From an uncultured Nitrososphaerales archaeon (GTDB lineage: Archaea; Thermoproteota; Nitrososphaeria; Nitrososphaerales; Nitrososphaeraceae): a stretch of 64,000 bases of DNA. Under the pieces are notes generated by a model that worked only from the letters and a program-made list of their open reading frames with translations, did no database searches and had not been told where the DNA came from. The stretch spans positions 278,271 through 342,270 of the forward strand of contig CAVQMO010000005.1 in the NCBI GenBank assembly GCA_963713605.1. The letters are read 5' to 3'. This document shows positions 11,925 to 22,383 of this stretch, piece by piece (the first letter of the stretch is position 1; every line of letters starts with the position of its first letter). The position numbers and the translations under genes are program-made.

Positions 11925-12389
11925 TTGGTGTCTGTAATCTCAATTTTGACGATTTTATGCGGAACCTTCGAGTATGGTGGTTCGACTCGAAATGTACTAA
12001 AATTGATTATTCATATACAAACATCGACAAAGAATCAGTTAGTCCCCATTAGAAAAGTTTTAGTAGGGCACGATGACACTTACACGATGAGATTCCAAGT
12101 GAATGGGAACCATTTATTGAGGGGGATTATAGTCACATTGGGATTTTTTGCTGCATTTGTGACAGCGCCAATTATGCCTCAATCTGCGTTAAGTCAGTTC
12201 GCCTCGCCAACCGGAATGAATCAATCTTCGTCGCCTGGAATAAATATACCTCCTAACGATTCGTTCATTGGCGGAGATGACGTGCTTACTAAAGATTGCT
12301 TGTATAATGGTCAACTATACAGTCCAGGTTCGGTTGTGCCCATGCCTGGTGGAAACAAAGAATGTCAAAATAATGGCGCTTGGTTATAA
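11925..12389 (+). CDS. Small secreted protein with C-terminal CLYNG..YSPG..C..NGAW motif (true start likely the internal Met near 12087)
   Basis: Signal-like helix after MRFQ; two-Cys C-terminal motif reminiscent of DUF1496/VWC-like domains. Confidence 0.5.
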   Translation: MVSVISILTILCGTFEYGGSTRNVLKLIIHIQTSTKNQLVPIRKVLVGHDDTYTMRFQVNGNHLLRGIIVTLGFFAAFVTAPIMPQSALSQFASPTGMNQSSSPGINIPPNDSFIGGDDVLTKDCLYNGQLYSPGSVVPMPGGNKECQNNGAWL

Positions 12390-12606
12390 CCCCTGCGTAA
12401 AGCCTGAGGCACATTTAGACTGCTTTGACCTAGAGGTCATTAAAATCGGAAGCAAAGGTTGACGGTATTCATTATCTACCTTTAACACCATAAGGTACTC
12501 ATCCTTGGGCTGGCTTGATAGCCGCTTTTTATATCCTAGAATAAGAAGATCTACTTATTAAAAATTTAAATATGAGTTACCGCGCATTAATCCGATACTT
12601 TTTCCA

Positions 12607-13641
12607 ATGACTAAGATAAAACTAGTGCAAGTAGGAATAATCGTTTCAGTTGGTATCTTGGTAAGTTGTAGCGTAGGCTTTTCAACCTCCGACTTAGCAC
12701 ATGCCATACCGGTCGACGATGATACAGTTTCACTAACGTATTGGTCCATTCCTGTTTCTCAGAATCGCGTTTCTGATATGAAATCTGATTTTGGAGAGAA
12801 TATTTTCTTCACTTATCAGAATATGAATAAGATTGCGAGACTAGACCCAGAATCGAATATTATTACCGAATGGACATTTGATCGTAATCCCCCTATATCT
12901 CAAATTTCGCTTGACCTAAGGTCAGGGTTGGTATACTTTACTTATGAAAATATGAATAAATTAGGGAGGCTTCATCCAGGAACCAATATTGTTACTGAAT
13001 GGACGATTAAGAATAATGCAACTACTGATAGGCCTGGTTTAGAAAGCTTAGCATTTGATTCGTCGTCAGGTAAAGTGTACTTTACCCTAGCGAGTACAAA
13101 TAAGATAGGAAGTCTAAATCCAGAAACCAATACGGTAACACAATGGTCTGTTCCTGGTAACTCTACAGACAAGGCTCAGGTTACTTTTACTGCATTTGAT
13201 CCTAGTTCAAGCGATTTCTATATCTTAAAGAATGGATCTCCACCAAGTATAGTTAGGCTTGATACCTCAACAAATAATATCACTGAATGGACGATCCCCA
13301 GTAATTCAACAAATATCACGTCATTTAGCAGAGGCTTTGATGGTTACTATTTTACATATGAAAACATAAACAAGATAGGGAAGTTTGATCCATCAACGAA
13401 TAATATTACTGAATGGACCATCCAGAACAATATAACTGGATTTTCAGATGCAGGCTACGATCTATCAACAGGAATGATATATTTTACTTCTGAAGGCATA
13501 AACAAGTTAGGGAGATGGGTTCCATACAATGGTATTACTACAGAGTGGAAAGTAGATAATACCCCTCTTAGTCTAATCATCGCTCCTTCGGGCAGCATAT
13601 ACTTTACAGACGAGTTAGGTAGAATCGGTAGGATCAGTTAA
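12607..13641 (+). CDS. Vgb (virginiamycin B lyase)-like beta-propeller protein, secreted
   Basis: Repeats of YFT....NKIG.LDP.TN.ITEW; signal peptide. Confidence 0.8.
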   Translation: MTKIKLVQVGIIVSVGILVSCSVGFSTSDLAHAIPVDDDTVSLTYWSIPVSQNRVSDMKSDFGENIFFTYQNMNKIARLDPESNIITEWTFDRNPPISQISLDLRSGLVYFTYENMNKLGRLHPGTNIVTEWTIKNNATTDRPGLESLAFDSSSGKVYFTLASTNKIGSLNPETNTVTQWSVPGNSTDKAQVTFTAFDPSSSDFYILKNGSPPSIVRLDTSTNNITEWTIPSNSTNITSFSRGFDGYYFTYENINKIGKFDPSTNNITEWTIQNNITGFSDAGYDLSTGMIYFTSEGINKLGRWVPYNGITTEWKVDNTPLSLIIAPSGSIYFTDELGRIGRIS

Positions 13642-13663
13642 CAGGGATGTTGAGATCATTACA

Positions 13664-14071
13664 ATGAATTTGTCCGGTTGTATTTTGATAGCAATGGGTT
13701 TTATCCTCTTGATTTATCTCACAAGTGCCGCCACGTTTGGCATGCATTCCGTTTATGGCCAAAATATTACGGATTTCTTGCCCACTTCGGGGTCTATAAC
13801 CTATCATTTAACCTCCTCATCTGAAATTGCTCCTGTTACCGAGACCTCAGCGTCATTGAATACTACGCCTTTCAGTATGATAAAGCCTCCGTCCTTATCT
13901 TCGGAAGCGCTTCCCTCAAATTATAAAGCTTCTTCTGAGTTTTCTTCTATATCTTTTATTTCCGTGGATACATCAATCAGCCGTAATACAGCGGTTGTGA
14001 CTGGATCAATTACTACGCCATTTTCTACCGCATTTGCTAATGAGTCAAGTTCAACAGTGAGAGGCAGTTAG
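13664..14071 (+). CDS. Ser/Thr-rich secreted protein
   Basis: 135 aa, signal peptide ending YG-Q, low-complexity S/T; directly follows the Vgb-like gene. Confidence 0.55.
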   Translation: MNLSGCILIAMGFILLIYLTSAATFGMHSVYGQNITDFLPTSGSITYHLTSSSEIAPVTETSASLNTTPFSMIKPPSLSSEALPSNYKASSEFSSISFISVDTSISRNTAVVTGSITTPFSTAFANESSSTVRGS

Positions 14072-14108
14072 TCAGCGCTCTCATTTTGAAATAACGAAAG
14101 CGCGCTGA
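14072..14108 (+). terminator. Inverted repeat TCAGCGC...GCGCTGA right after the stop codon; possible terminator or processing hairpin
   Basis: 7-bp GC-rich arms at 14072-14078 and 14102-14108. Confidence 0.3.
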
Positions 14109-14171
14109 GGTCAAATTTCGCCAGTTTAACCAAAAGCAGAAAAACTTTTAAACGGCATTTAATGGAAGCAA

Positions 14172-15731
14172 ATGCTAGTGCACTGTAATTCTGTCTCAAT
14201 CGAAGCGGTAGTTTTGTTCACGATTTTTACTTACTCTGTTTTACTCCTACTTGAGATTACCTCATATCCTTTTGCCTCCCCGCCATTTGGCGAAGTCTTG
14301 GCGACCTATGGACCACTGGACATATTGGACCCGCAACTGTCGAATCAGTCCAGTAATGGGACAACGAGCTACGACATACCCTCAATTATAAGCATTGATT
14401 TTCCTGTGCCTGGCTCAGTTATCCCAAGGAATTTAGTGACGATCAATGGAAGCATAACGGATCCAGATGGTAATCTGGAAAAGGTGGAAGTATTTATCAA
14501 TAGGTATCCATTTGATGGAAAATACACTTTTGTATATTCGCAGCCTGTCGGAAACAACTCTGACAGCGAAGTGACTTCTAACAATGGTAAAAATTATAAT
14601 TGGTCCTTTGAGGTCCCTTTTTACTCTTCTGGTGTATATAGAATACTAGCTCATGCACAAGATAGTGCTAGAAATCATAAATGGGACGATGTTAATGTAT
14701 ACATACCATTTAATTCATCAGCGCCGTCGTCTTCGCTATTGCAAGAGTCTCAAGCTCAGGGAAGCGTCAACAACTATAATAATTCATGGGCTAACTCAAC
14801 GAGAATTGCAATTGTAAATCCAACATTTACAGATGCAGCGTATGGACCAAATGCATTCTATATCTTTTATGAGAAGTATGACCGTACAGGCATTTACGAT
14901 CAAATCCTTCCGACTGAGGCACATGTAACTACTGATCTAGATATGTTGACTGCTGAACTTGATCCCCGTGTCTATATTGAACGTTTCACACCGGCAGATT
15001 CGGCAAAGAATATTACTATGTTTTCGCGCATAGACCCAGACAATAGGCAAATTGGAATATTGAAGGACCGTATAGAGAAGGAGTTGTTACCAAATCGATC
15101 TGACGTTATTGTAGTAAGAGATGAAGATGTTCACAATGGATACATTTTTGGTGACAGCAATGGATCTAATGCCTATGATATTCTTATAGTAAACCATGAT
15201 GAATATGTTTCCCAACAGATGTATGATAATTATAGGAAATTTGTTCAAAACGGCGGCACTATGATATTACTTGACGGCAATACGTTCTATGCGGAGGTCA
15301 AATATAGTCCTGTTAACAATACAATAACGTTGGTAAAAGGCCACGATTGGGAATATGATTTCGATAAAAAAGTCGCAAGACCAGGACCTCACGAAAGGTG
15401 GTTTGATGAAAATAGAGAGTGGATAGGATCAAATTTTCTTCTTTCTGATATTAACGAGAATATTACCTTTGCTAATAACCCTTTTAATTATACGCACTTT
15501 GAGGATAACTTTGTAAACAATCCTAACATTACTACTATTCTCGACTACGAGGCGAGAATCCCACCATCTAACGCCTTTTCTGGAGCCACAGTAGCTACCT
15601 ATGAATTGCCTGTTGGTAAAGGAAACGTAATAGTTATAGGGATATATGGTGAGAATTTAATAAAAGAAAATAATGAAGAATTCCTTAAGTTCTTCGACTC
15701 TTTACTGCTCAAATCAGTGAACGATTTATGA
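14172..15731 (+). CDS. Ig-like domain + N,N-dimethylformamidase beta-subunit-like (class I GATase fold) domain, secreted
   Basis: PTFTDAAY, YDILIVNHDEYVSQQMYDNYRKFVQNGG, GNTFYAEV motifs; N-terminal Big domain. Confidence 0.7.
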   Translation: MLVHCNSVSIEAVVLFTIFTYSVLLLLEITSYPFASPPFGEVLATYGPLDILDPQLSNQSSNGTTSYDIPSIISIDFPVPGSVIPRNLVTINGSITDPDGNLEKVEVFINRYPFDGKYTFVYSQPVGNNSDSEVTSNNGKNYNWSFEVPFYSSGVYRILAHAQDSARNHKWDDVNVYIPFNSSAPSSSLLQESQAQGSVNNYNNSWANSTRIAIVNPTFTDAAYGPNAFYIFYEKYDRTGIYDQILPTEAHVTTDLDMLTAELDPRVYIERFTPADSAKNITMFSRIDPDNRQIGILKDRIEKELLPNRSDVIVVRDEDVHNGYIFGDSNGSNAYDILIVNHDEYVSQQMYDNYRKFVQNGGTMILLDGNTFYAEVKYSPVNNTITLVKGHDWEYDFDKKVARPGPHERWFDENREWIGSNFLLSDINENITFANNPFNYTHFEDNFVNNPNITTILDYEARIPPSNAFSGATVATYELPVGKGNVIVIGIYGENLIKENNEEFLKFFDSLLLKSVNDL

Positions 15732-16236
15732 AGAATCTTATTCTATATCCATTAGTCAATGTTGGTTATCTTATTCTAGAAATAAAGGTGGGTGTAGTGG
15801 TTTGAATTCAGTTGAGTAAATATCAATAATATTAAGTAGACTTGGGCTTTTTCAATTGTTATGTCAAGGAAGCGGTAGTAATAGAAGCGAGTGGTATAAC
15901 TTAGCCTAATAATAATGATAACTAAGTAAAATCTTGAGAAAAAATATCCCTACTTTTCTGTATTGCCATATCCTCCCTTTATTTGGTAAAGTTGTACATC
16001 TATCAAACGATCATCACAGAGAACGTCTTAATGTCGAGAAAAAGTACCTGTTAACTTTCAGTCATACATTAACTTCAGATTATATTTGCTAGATAATGGA
16101 AATTCTCTTTATCAACAAGGTATCTTATCAGAATGCATAAGTTCAACGCTTCAACCTGCGTGAATTAGTGGGACGGAGTACATGCGAATGCTCGCTATTT
16201 AATCCTTGAACTATGATGGGACTGTATGCTCTTTAC

Positions 16237-17220
16237 TTACTTTTTTTGTCCCGCCATTACAAACAGCATGTCTGTTTTTACCTTCTCCTTTATCGATCGA
16301 GCAGGGACCCCGGCCACAATGTCTTTATCTGGAACATCCCTGATAACAACCGCACCCGCGGCCACCAGCACATTATCTCCTAAGCGGATATTATCTTTGA
16401 GTGTTGAATTCAACCCGGTCCAACAGGAGTCGCCTATTTTTGTGCTACCGCCGATGATGGTACCTGTCGTTATTTCTGAATTTCTTCCAATTACAACGTT
16501 GTGTGCAATTTGGACCATAGCATCGATCTTGGTCCCATCTCCAATAATTGTATCAGAGAGAGAGCCGCGAGCAATATTTGTGTTTGCGCATATCTCGACA
16601 TTATTTCCTACTCTAACTCCTTTAATATGAGGAAATCTAATCAGTTCTCCATTTTCAAATCTCTCAAATGCAAAACCGTCTGCACCCAGGGTAACACCAG
16701 GTTGGACTATGCATTTATTTCCGATTGTCGTGTTCTGAACAATGCTGACTCTATCATAGATTATGGTGTCATCACCAATTATACAATTTTCACCAATAAC
16801 TGCGTTATGTCCTATGTAGCAGTTTTGACCAATCTTTGATGTGTCAGAAATAACCGCGTGTGGGGAAATTCCAGAAAGTTTTTTCTTTTCATATACTAGA
16901 TCAATAACTTTGACAATGACAAACCTAGGATTTTCTACAAAAATAAGTTGCTGCTTACTTTCCGGACGAGGATGGACCGTTCCTTCCAAACTTTTCTTGC
17001 ATAAAATGATCGCTCCTCTCGAATTATTGATTAAGGACACAGCCTTTTCAGGTTCATAATAACAGAACGTGAGATCCTTTTCGGAGGCTTCTGTCACGGA
17101 ACGAATTGCTTCGAATTTAACTGACTGTCCCTCTGCAGTATAGGAGACATTTAGGCTTTCAAGAATGGATTCAATATTATCTCTCATACTCAGCTTTGCA
17201 TCAAAACTCATATTTAACAC
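16237..17220 (-). CDS. LpxD-like hexapeptide-repeat N-acyltransferase
   Basis: LpxD N-domain (DLTF...VENPR), hexapeptide repeats, GADGFAF, IGDGTKID, VQIAHNV. Confidence 0.8.
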   Translation of the reverse strand: MLNMSFDAKLSMRDNIESILESLNVSYTAEGQSVKFEAIRSVTEASEKDLTFCYYEPEKAVSLINNSRGAIILCKKSLEGTVHPRPESKQQLIFVENPRFVIVKVIDLVYEKKKLSGISPHAVISDTSKIGQNCYIGHNAVIGENCIIGDDTIIYDRVSIVQNTTIGNKCIVQPGVTLGADGFAFERFENGELIRFPHIKGVRVGNNVEICANTNIARGSLSDTIIGDGTKIDAMVQIAHNVVIGRNSEITTGTIIGGSTKIGDSCWTGLNSTLKDNIRLGDNVLVAAGAVVIRDVPDKDIVAGVPARSIKEKVKTDMLFVMAGQKK

Positions 17221-17716
17221 CTCTTTAGCACATTATTATGCAGATTTTCACAAAACGCCATTTTTTGAAAAATTTACCCTATATTGGTTATCTTTACTCA
17301 TCGACATATATAATGGTAAAAGCGAAACAAATTATTCTGTTGAATTTCGATAACTCTTCGAGTTGAAGGTGGGAAATTTATTTATTGATAGTATTTCCTT
17401 CTCTGGATATTAATGTTCATTGCCGATGTTTACTCCTTCATGAAGTTACAAAATCTGGTAAAAAATTTAGTAATTACAATTTGAAAAATGAGTAAAGAGT
17501 AAACTTGGTAATATGAGTAAAGAATAGCATAGTTTTGCCAATTGGTATCTAGATACATACTGGAAGTAAAAAATGACGGTTTGGTAGAGTAATTGTTTAA
17601 CCGCAGTCGAATAGTACCGAGTATCTGTTAAAAGATATCTAAATTTCATGCCGATGAAAAAACTATGCCAAGAATTCCAGAACAGTTTATCTATTCTCTC
17701 ATGAATCAGGGATCAA

Positions 17717-18442
17717 ATGAATATATTAGCACTTGGCGCACATCCTGATGATATAGAGTTAGGCTGTGGTGGTCTACTTCTAAAGGCTTCAAAACAAGGT
17801 CACAATGTTTTTATGTATATCCTTACGAGAGGCGCAGCAGCAGGAGATCCAATGCAGAGGACAACTGAACAGAAAGAAGCAGCAAGGATCATTGGAGCAA
17901 GGGCATCTTGGATAGATAACTTTGAAGATACAAAATTGACATTAAGCGTAGATCTCATTAATCATATTGAACAAGTGATCAGAATGACGAGGCCCGATAT
18001 TATTTACACGCATCCACAAGGAGATACTCATCATGACCATAGAGCGGTAGCTGCTGCTACCTATGAAGCAGCAAGATTCGTTCCAAACATCCTTTCTTAT
18101 GAAATGCCTGTGACGAAGGATTTCAAGCCTCAAGTTTATTGTGACATCTCCGATGTGATAGACGAAAAGATTGACCTCCTAAATGCTTTCGTTTCTCAGA
18201 GCGAAAAAATGTTTATCAAATCACATGCTGTAAAGGGATTATCTCAGTATCGTGCAATGCAGAGCAGGCTAGGAGCAAAGGTAACAGCTGTAGAAGCTTT
18301 TGAAGTTATGCAGATGAGTCTTACCCCTAATTTCAATTTACTCCAAAATGGTCAAGAACAGATGTTAGAGACGGCGAATTTCTCGACGCCGATTTTGAAT
18401 GATGCCATTGTTTTTACTTCAACCATTCAAAATCAGATCTGA
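17717..18442 (+). CDS. PIG-L family N-acetylglucosamine deacetylase
   Basis: AHPDDIELGCGG and DTHHDH motifs. Confidence 0.9.
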   Translation: MNILALGAHPDDIELGCGGLLLKASKQGHNVFMYILTRGAAAGDPMQRTTEQKEAARIIGARASWIDNFEDTKLTLSVDLINHIEQVIRMTRPDIIYTHPQGDTHHDHRAVAAATYEAARFVPNILSYEMPVTKDFKPQVYCDISDVIDEKIDLLNAFVSQSEKMFIKSHAVKGLSQYRAMQSRLGAKVTAVEAFEVMQMSLTPNFNLLQNGQEQMLETANFSTPILNDAIVFTSTIQNQI

Positions 18443-18948
18443 TTCAATGTCAAAGTCACTAGACATGAACTAGATCTCTAATTTCTTGATTTTATTTTTA
18501 TATATCCTATGAGTTAGATAATGAAACACTGATAAGTGCCGCTTGTTTAGGGTGAGGCGCTGACTAGGTGGCTAGGTTGATGCCACTTATTTAGTATAGA
18601 ACTATTGTGGTTTTAAATATCTTAATGCCATACAAAGTCGTTGGTTAAGGCATCGCGGAATATTGCGGTGGTGATAGTCTCTATAGATTGGCCATGGTTA
18701 TATTTTTTAAGGGGATGCTAACTTTAATATCACCAGGATATGAAGAAAACCAACAATTCTCTGATAGCGTTCAAACTAATAGCCAAGAAAAGGATTAATT
18801 GAATTCTTATGTGATAATAGTTTTGTCCGTGGCTAAACTAGCACACATTTCATTGTAATGACCTTAGACCTTCCATCCCAACATACCATCGAATCCCGAA
18901 CTGTTATATAATCATCCAATACCCAATAACAGGATAACCGAATTTGAT

Positions 18949-19878
18949 ATGAATGGAGGGCGAATTTCTAGGCTGGATTTTTTGAAATTACTGCTATGCA
19001 GTGGGATAGCTTTTCCATTGGGAATAATAAATATCAATAAGCTATTTTCGACGTACGGGACTCCAAAAAACTCATCATCAGATAGTCTAGGAACTTTTCA
19101 GCAACACGACGAAAATTTAGACGTGTTTGGTATAAGAAAAATATATCCTACTCGCCACTCTGGAAGGGAATGGTTCATGAACATGGATGACCCTAGAAGC
19201 GATCCTGCGCTTGATCTTGGCGCCGGCAGACCAACAAAGAGTTTAGACGGGTCATGGAGGATTGGAAGCACAAACAGAAATAACGGGTTCAATGGAAAAT
19301 ATCATGTTGTATTTGAAATCATTACGACTCCTTGGCTCGGCAATCTCTGGAGAGATGTAGAAATTACAGGATGTTTCAGGATACTAGGCATAGACGAGGA
19401 TGCAAATATTAAATCAATCGGGCTGCAATGGTATGCAAGAGGGAACAGACACAACGATCTTTTTCCGTGCGAAGGCACTTCACTTAAAGCTCGGATTCAT
19501 CCTAATGGGTCTACAGGATGGATAAAGGAAATATGGCATACGGGAGGATATACAACAGAAAAAGAAACTACCCAATTAGCCTATCCGATCATAGGTAAAT
19601 GGATAGGTTGGAAAGCAGTGATGTATAATATCCAAGACGGCAAAGCTGTGAAAATGGAATCCTATGTCGATTATGGTTGTAATAATCATTGGGTAAAAAT
19701 AGGTGATCTTGTTGATAGCGGCAACTGGTACTCTGATAATAAACAATTCTACGAAGTTGATTGTGGTAGGACACGAAATTATGTGGTTTCCAATTCTGGT
19801 CCAAGAGCAGGTTTTAGGTCCGATGGTATTATCTGGGACTTTAAAAATTTTAGCGTGAGAGAAATTCTGGTCGCGTGA
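18949..19878 (+). CDS. Exported Trp-rich beta-sandwich (lectin/jellyroll-like) hypothetical protein with Tat-like leader
   Basis: SRLDFLK leader; DVFGIRKIYPT, WIGWKAVMYN and terminal FSVREI segments; adjacent to tatA. Confidence 0.65.
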   Translation: MNGGRISRLDFLKLLLCSGIAFPLGIININKLFSTYGTPKNSSSDSLGTFQQHDENLDVFGIRKIYPTRHSGREWFMNMDDPRSDPALDLGAGRPTKSLDGSWRIGSTNRNNGFNGKYHVVFEIITTPWLGNLWRDVEITGCFRILGIDEDANIKSIGLQWYARGNRHNDLFPCEGTSLKARIHPNGSTGWIKEIWHTGGYTTEKETTQLAYPIIGKWIGWKAVMYNIQDGKAVKMESYVDYGCNNHWVKIGDLVDSGNWYSDNKQFYEVDCGRTRNYVVSNSGPRAGFRSDGIIWDFKNFSVREILVA

Positions 19879-20114
19879 TGTGTAACGCTCTGGGAATACT
19901 GAAAATTGGTGAAATTAAGTTATCGGGGGAGGGGACCTTTGTAGTCTGCCTAGCTGTCTACGTTATCGCTTATTCTTTATCCTTTACATTATATGTGCAA
20001 ATTCAATCTATATCACACTATTCAGTGTACCAAATCGTCATCTTGTAGGAATACTATTAACCTAACTCGACAGACTTAAATCAAACTAATTAATATATGC
20101 TTGTAGGGTAGAAT

Positions 20115-20444
20115 ATGCTTACCTTGGATACCTACATACTGCAAATTCCAGCTGGGATCGAATGGATTATTATCATAGTTGTAATTGTCTTGATATTCTT
20201 TGGTGTGAAAAAGATACCTGAAATTGCTAGGAGTTTTGGGAAGGCTTCATCAGAATATCAGAAGGCGAGAATCGAGGCAGAAAGAGAGTTAGGGAAGATA
20301 AAAAAAGGGGGACAATCTCCAAGTGATGACCGAGATAAACTTGAAGGGATAGCTGGTACATTGGGAATTAATTATACTAATCTTAATGATGAAGAGATAA
20401 GAGAAGCTATTGAAGCAGAACTTCATAAGTCCAAAAAAACTTGA
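20115..20444 (+). CDS. tatA: Twin-arginine translocase TatA/E subunit
   Basis: EWIIII...FFGVKKIPEIARSFGKA signature. Confidence 0.9.
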   Translation: MLTLDTYILQIPAGIEWIIIIVVIVLIFFGVKKIPEIARSFGKASSEYQKARIEAERELGKIKKGGQSPSDDRDKLEGIAGTLGINYTNLNDEEIREAIEAELHKSKKT

Positions 20445-20668
20445 ATAATTAACAATCGCATTGACAAAGGCGTAACACAAAAGAAATTCTTTGTTTCCGT
20501 GGAGATTAAAGGTATCATTTGGAATGTATTGAGCGTGCATTAGCAATAAACAAACAACTAATTCATCCCTTTCTGTTTATGTTTGTGTTTGTGTTTGTTT
20601 AATCCTTATCGCAATTAGAAGCCGCTATGTTCACCGACATTATCATTTTTAGGAAGAATAAAGGAAAG

Positions 20669-21202
20669 TTAAATAATTTTTGAAATATTTTCCGCATTAA
20701 TACTGGCAGACTCGATCGCTTTTCCTACGACTAAATCTGAATGCTTAATTAGGCTATTTCTTAGTGGAGGTTGAGTGGTCTTCTTATTATTACCATCTTT
20801 AGAAATCAGGACAAGAATCTCCCGAAGTTCTTGGTTATCAATGATTAAATTTAATATCTTAAGGAATTCTTCTCGATCAATAACAGAAGAATTCAACTCG
20901 AGGGAATCAATTGCCTTAAGCTTCCAATAGCTGCCAATACCTTGTCCAACGAGTGTTTGGGCTTTATAGACAATTTTACCAAATGATGTCATGCTATACG
21001 TTCCATTTTTCCTATTTATTAGTCCTGCATGTAACAGGCTTAACATTCTAGAATAATACTGTCGTTTTGTTAATCCTAATGTAGTTAAGACGTTTTGTGT
21101 ATCAAGATTTTGATGAGCTATCATCTCAAACAAGGTTAGAGCCTTATCATCTGACACCGCTTTTAGAGATTTTTCTACCGTTATCGTTTCTTGCATTCTC
21201 AT
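20669..21202 (-). CDS. Winged-helix DNA-binding protein (lineage-expanded family), copy 1
   Basis: VSDDKAL..LTKRQYYSR..GLI..MTSFGK..WKLKAIDS; paralogous to 45925 and 46781. Confidence 0.75.
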   Translation of the reverse strand: MRMQETITVEKSLKAVSDDKALTLFEMIAHQNLDTQNVLTTLGLTKRQYYSRMLSLLHAGLINRKNGTYSMTSFGKIVYKAQTLVGQGIGSYWKLKAIDSLELNSSVIDREEFLKILNLIIDNQELREILVLISKDGNNKKTTQPPLRNSLIKHSDLVVGKAIESASINAENISKII

Positions 21203-21531
21203 TTACACTTAAGCGAAAAATGGACTTAATATTAACTAGATACAACTTACTATTTTCTACCGTTAAAAGGTAAATCTAATAATTTTTTTCAGTAAGGCAT
21301 AAAACGCTAATTATTTTACATATACAGGATTATTTATTACCATGAGGATCGAGATTCGTTTTGAATATGGATAACTACTCGAGATAGTTTGCTCGCAAGG
21401 TGCAGAATCACACAACCTCGATAGTTAATAGATACCGAATACTTTCTAACTAATAAAATTTTCCCCTTCCTAGGAAAAAACCCAACAAATCTACGTACAA
21501 GGATTAAATTATAGGCATTCTATTTCATCTC

Positions 21532-22305
21532 TTGATGTCAAGAAAGTTAAACTTCAGACCGATACATTGTCTATTGGTGCTGGTCCCAGCAGTAGTTCTG
21601 CTTGTTTCTAGTATTGATGTGCAGAACCATTTCTTCCAAAATGCTCAAGGGCAGCCAACCGTCGGAACCTCGGGAAGCGAGAATGCGACAGACACAATAT
21701 CATCAGAAGGCGCAGTGCCGGAAATCATAATTGCTATTCCAAGCAATAACTCCCAGGTTCCCGTTGGGGAACTTCTTGTAAGTGGTAATGCCAGTGATAC
21801 TGAAACCGCAAACATACAGACTATTGGAGTGAAAGTCGACGAGGGCGATTATATGCCTACGACCCCACAGGTACCAGGTGATTGGTCCGAATGGTCAGTC
21901 ACTACAGACATTCCCTCACCGGGTCCTCATACATTGAAAGCAAGAGCCGATTATGGTGCTGGAGATCAGACCTGGTCTATAGGTAATGTACTTGTAAACG
22001 CGAACGGCGATGCTACTTCCGACGCAACGTCCAATCAGTCTATTTCCGGAGGTAGTTCATCTCCGCCAAGTACAAATGAAATGTCTAATGAATCAGCAAC
22101 TGTGAGTCCGGTGGTGGAAATCCCTCCACAGCCCTCGCAATCGCAGGAAGAGGTGCAGGCTGCGCCAAGCATAAATGAAACGTCCAATGAATCAGCAACT
22201 GTGAGTCCGGTGGTGGAAACCCCTCCACAGCCCTCGCAATCGCAGGAAGAGGTGCAAGCTGCCGCTACATACAAGAATCCAATCGACATTCTATTAGGTA
22301 GGTGA
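21532..22305 (+). CDS. Secreted Big/Ig-domain protein with duplicated 33-aa P/S/Q/E-rich tail
   Basis: Ig module homologous to those of the AA5 oxidase (PGDWSEW...HTLKARA). Confidence 0.7.
   Translation: MMSRKLNFRPIHCLLVLVPAVVLLVSSIDVQNHFFQNAQGQPTVGTSGSENATDTISSEGAVPEIIIAIPSNNSQVPVGELLVSGNASDTETANIQTIGVKVDEGDYMPTTPQVPGDWSEWSVTTDIPSPGPHTLKARADYGAGDQTWSIGNVLVNANGDATSDATSNQSISGGSSSPPSTNEMSNESATVSPVVEIPPQPSQSQEEVQAAPSINETSNESATVSPVVETPPQPSQSQEEVQAAATYKNPIDILLGR
22075..22262 (+). repeat. 99-bp tandem duplication (NESATVSPVVE.PPQPSQSQEEVQAA)
   Basis: AATGAATCAGCAACTG begins at 22087 and 22186. Confidence 0.9.
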
Positions 22306-22383
22306 AGCCAGCTTCATCTATAATCAGCAAGCAAAATCAGAGAGGGTAGCTCTCTAATATTTTGTATTTCATTACTCCAGTAT

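Noticed and set aside
16226..17059. Plus-strand ORFs 16226, 16501 and 16841
   Set aside because: Antisense shadows of the LpxD-like gene; the same applies to most short ORFs overlapping longer genes
16237..17220. Lipid A biosynthesis
   Set aside because: No lpxA/lpxB/lpxC/lpxK or Kdo genes in the window and the context is archaeal, so the lpxD symbol was withheld
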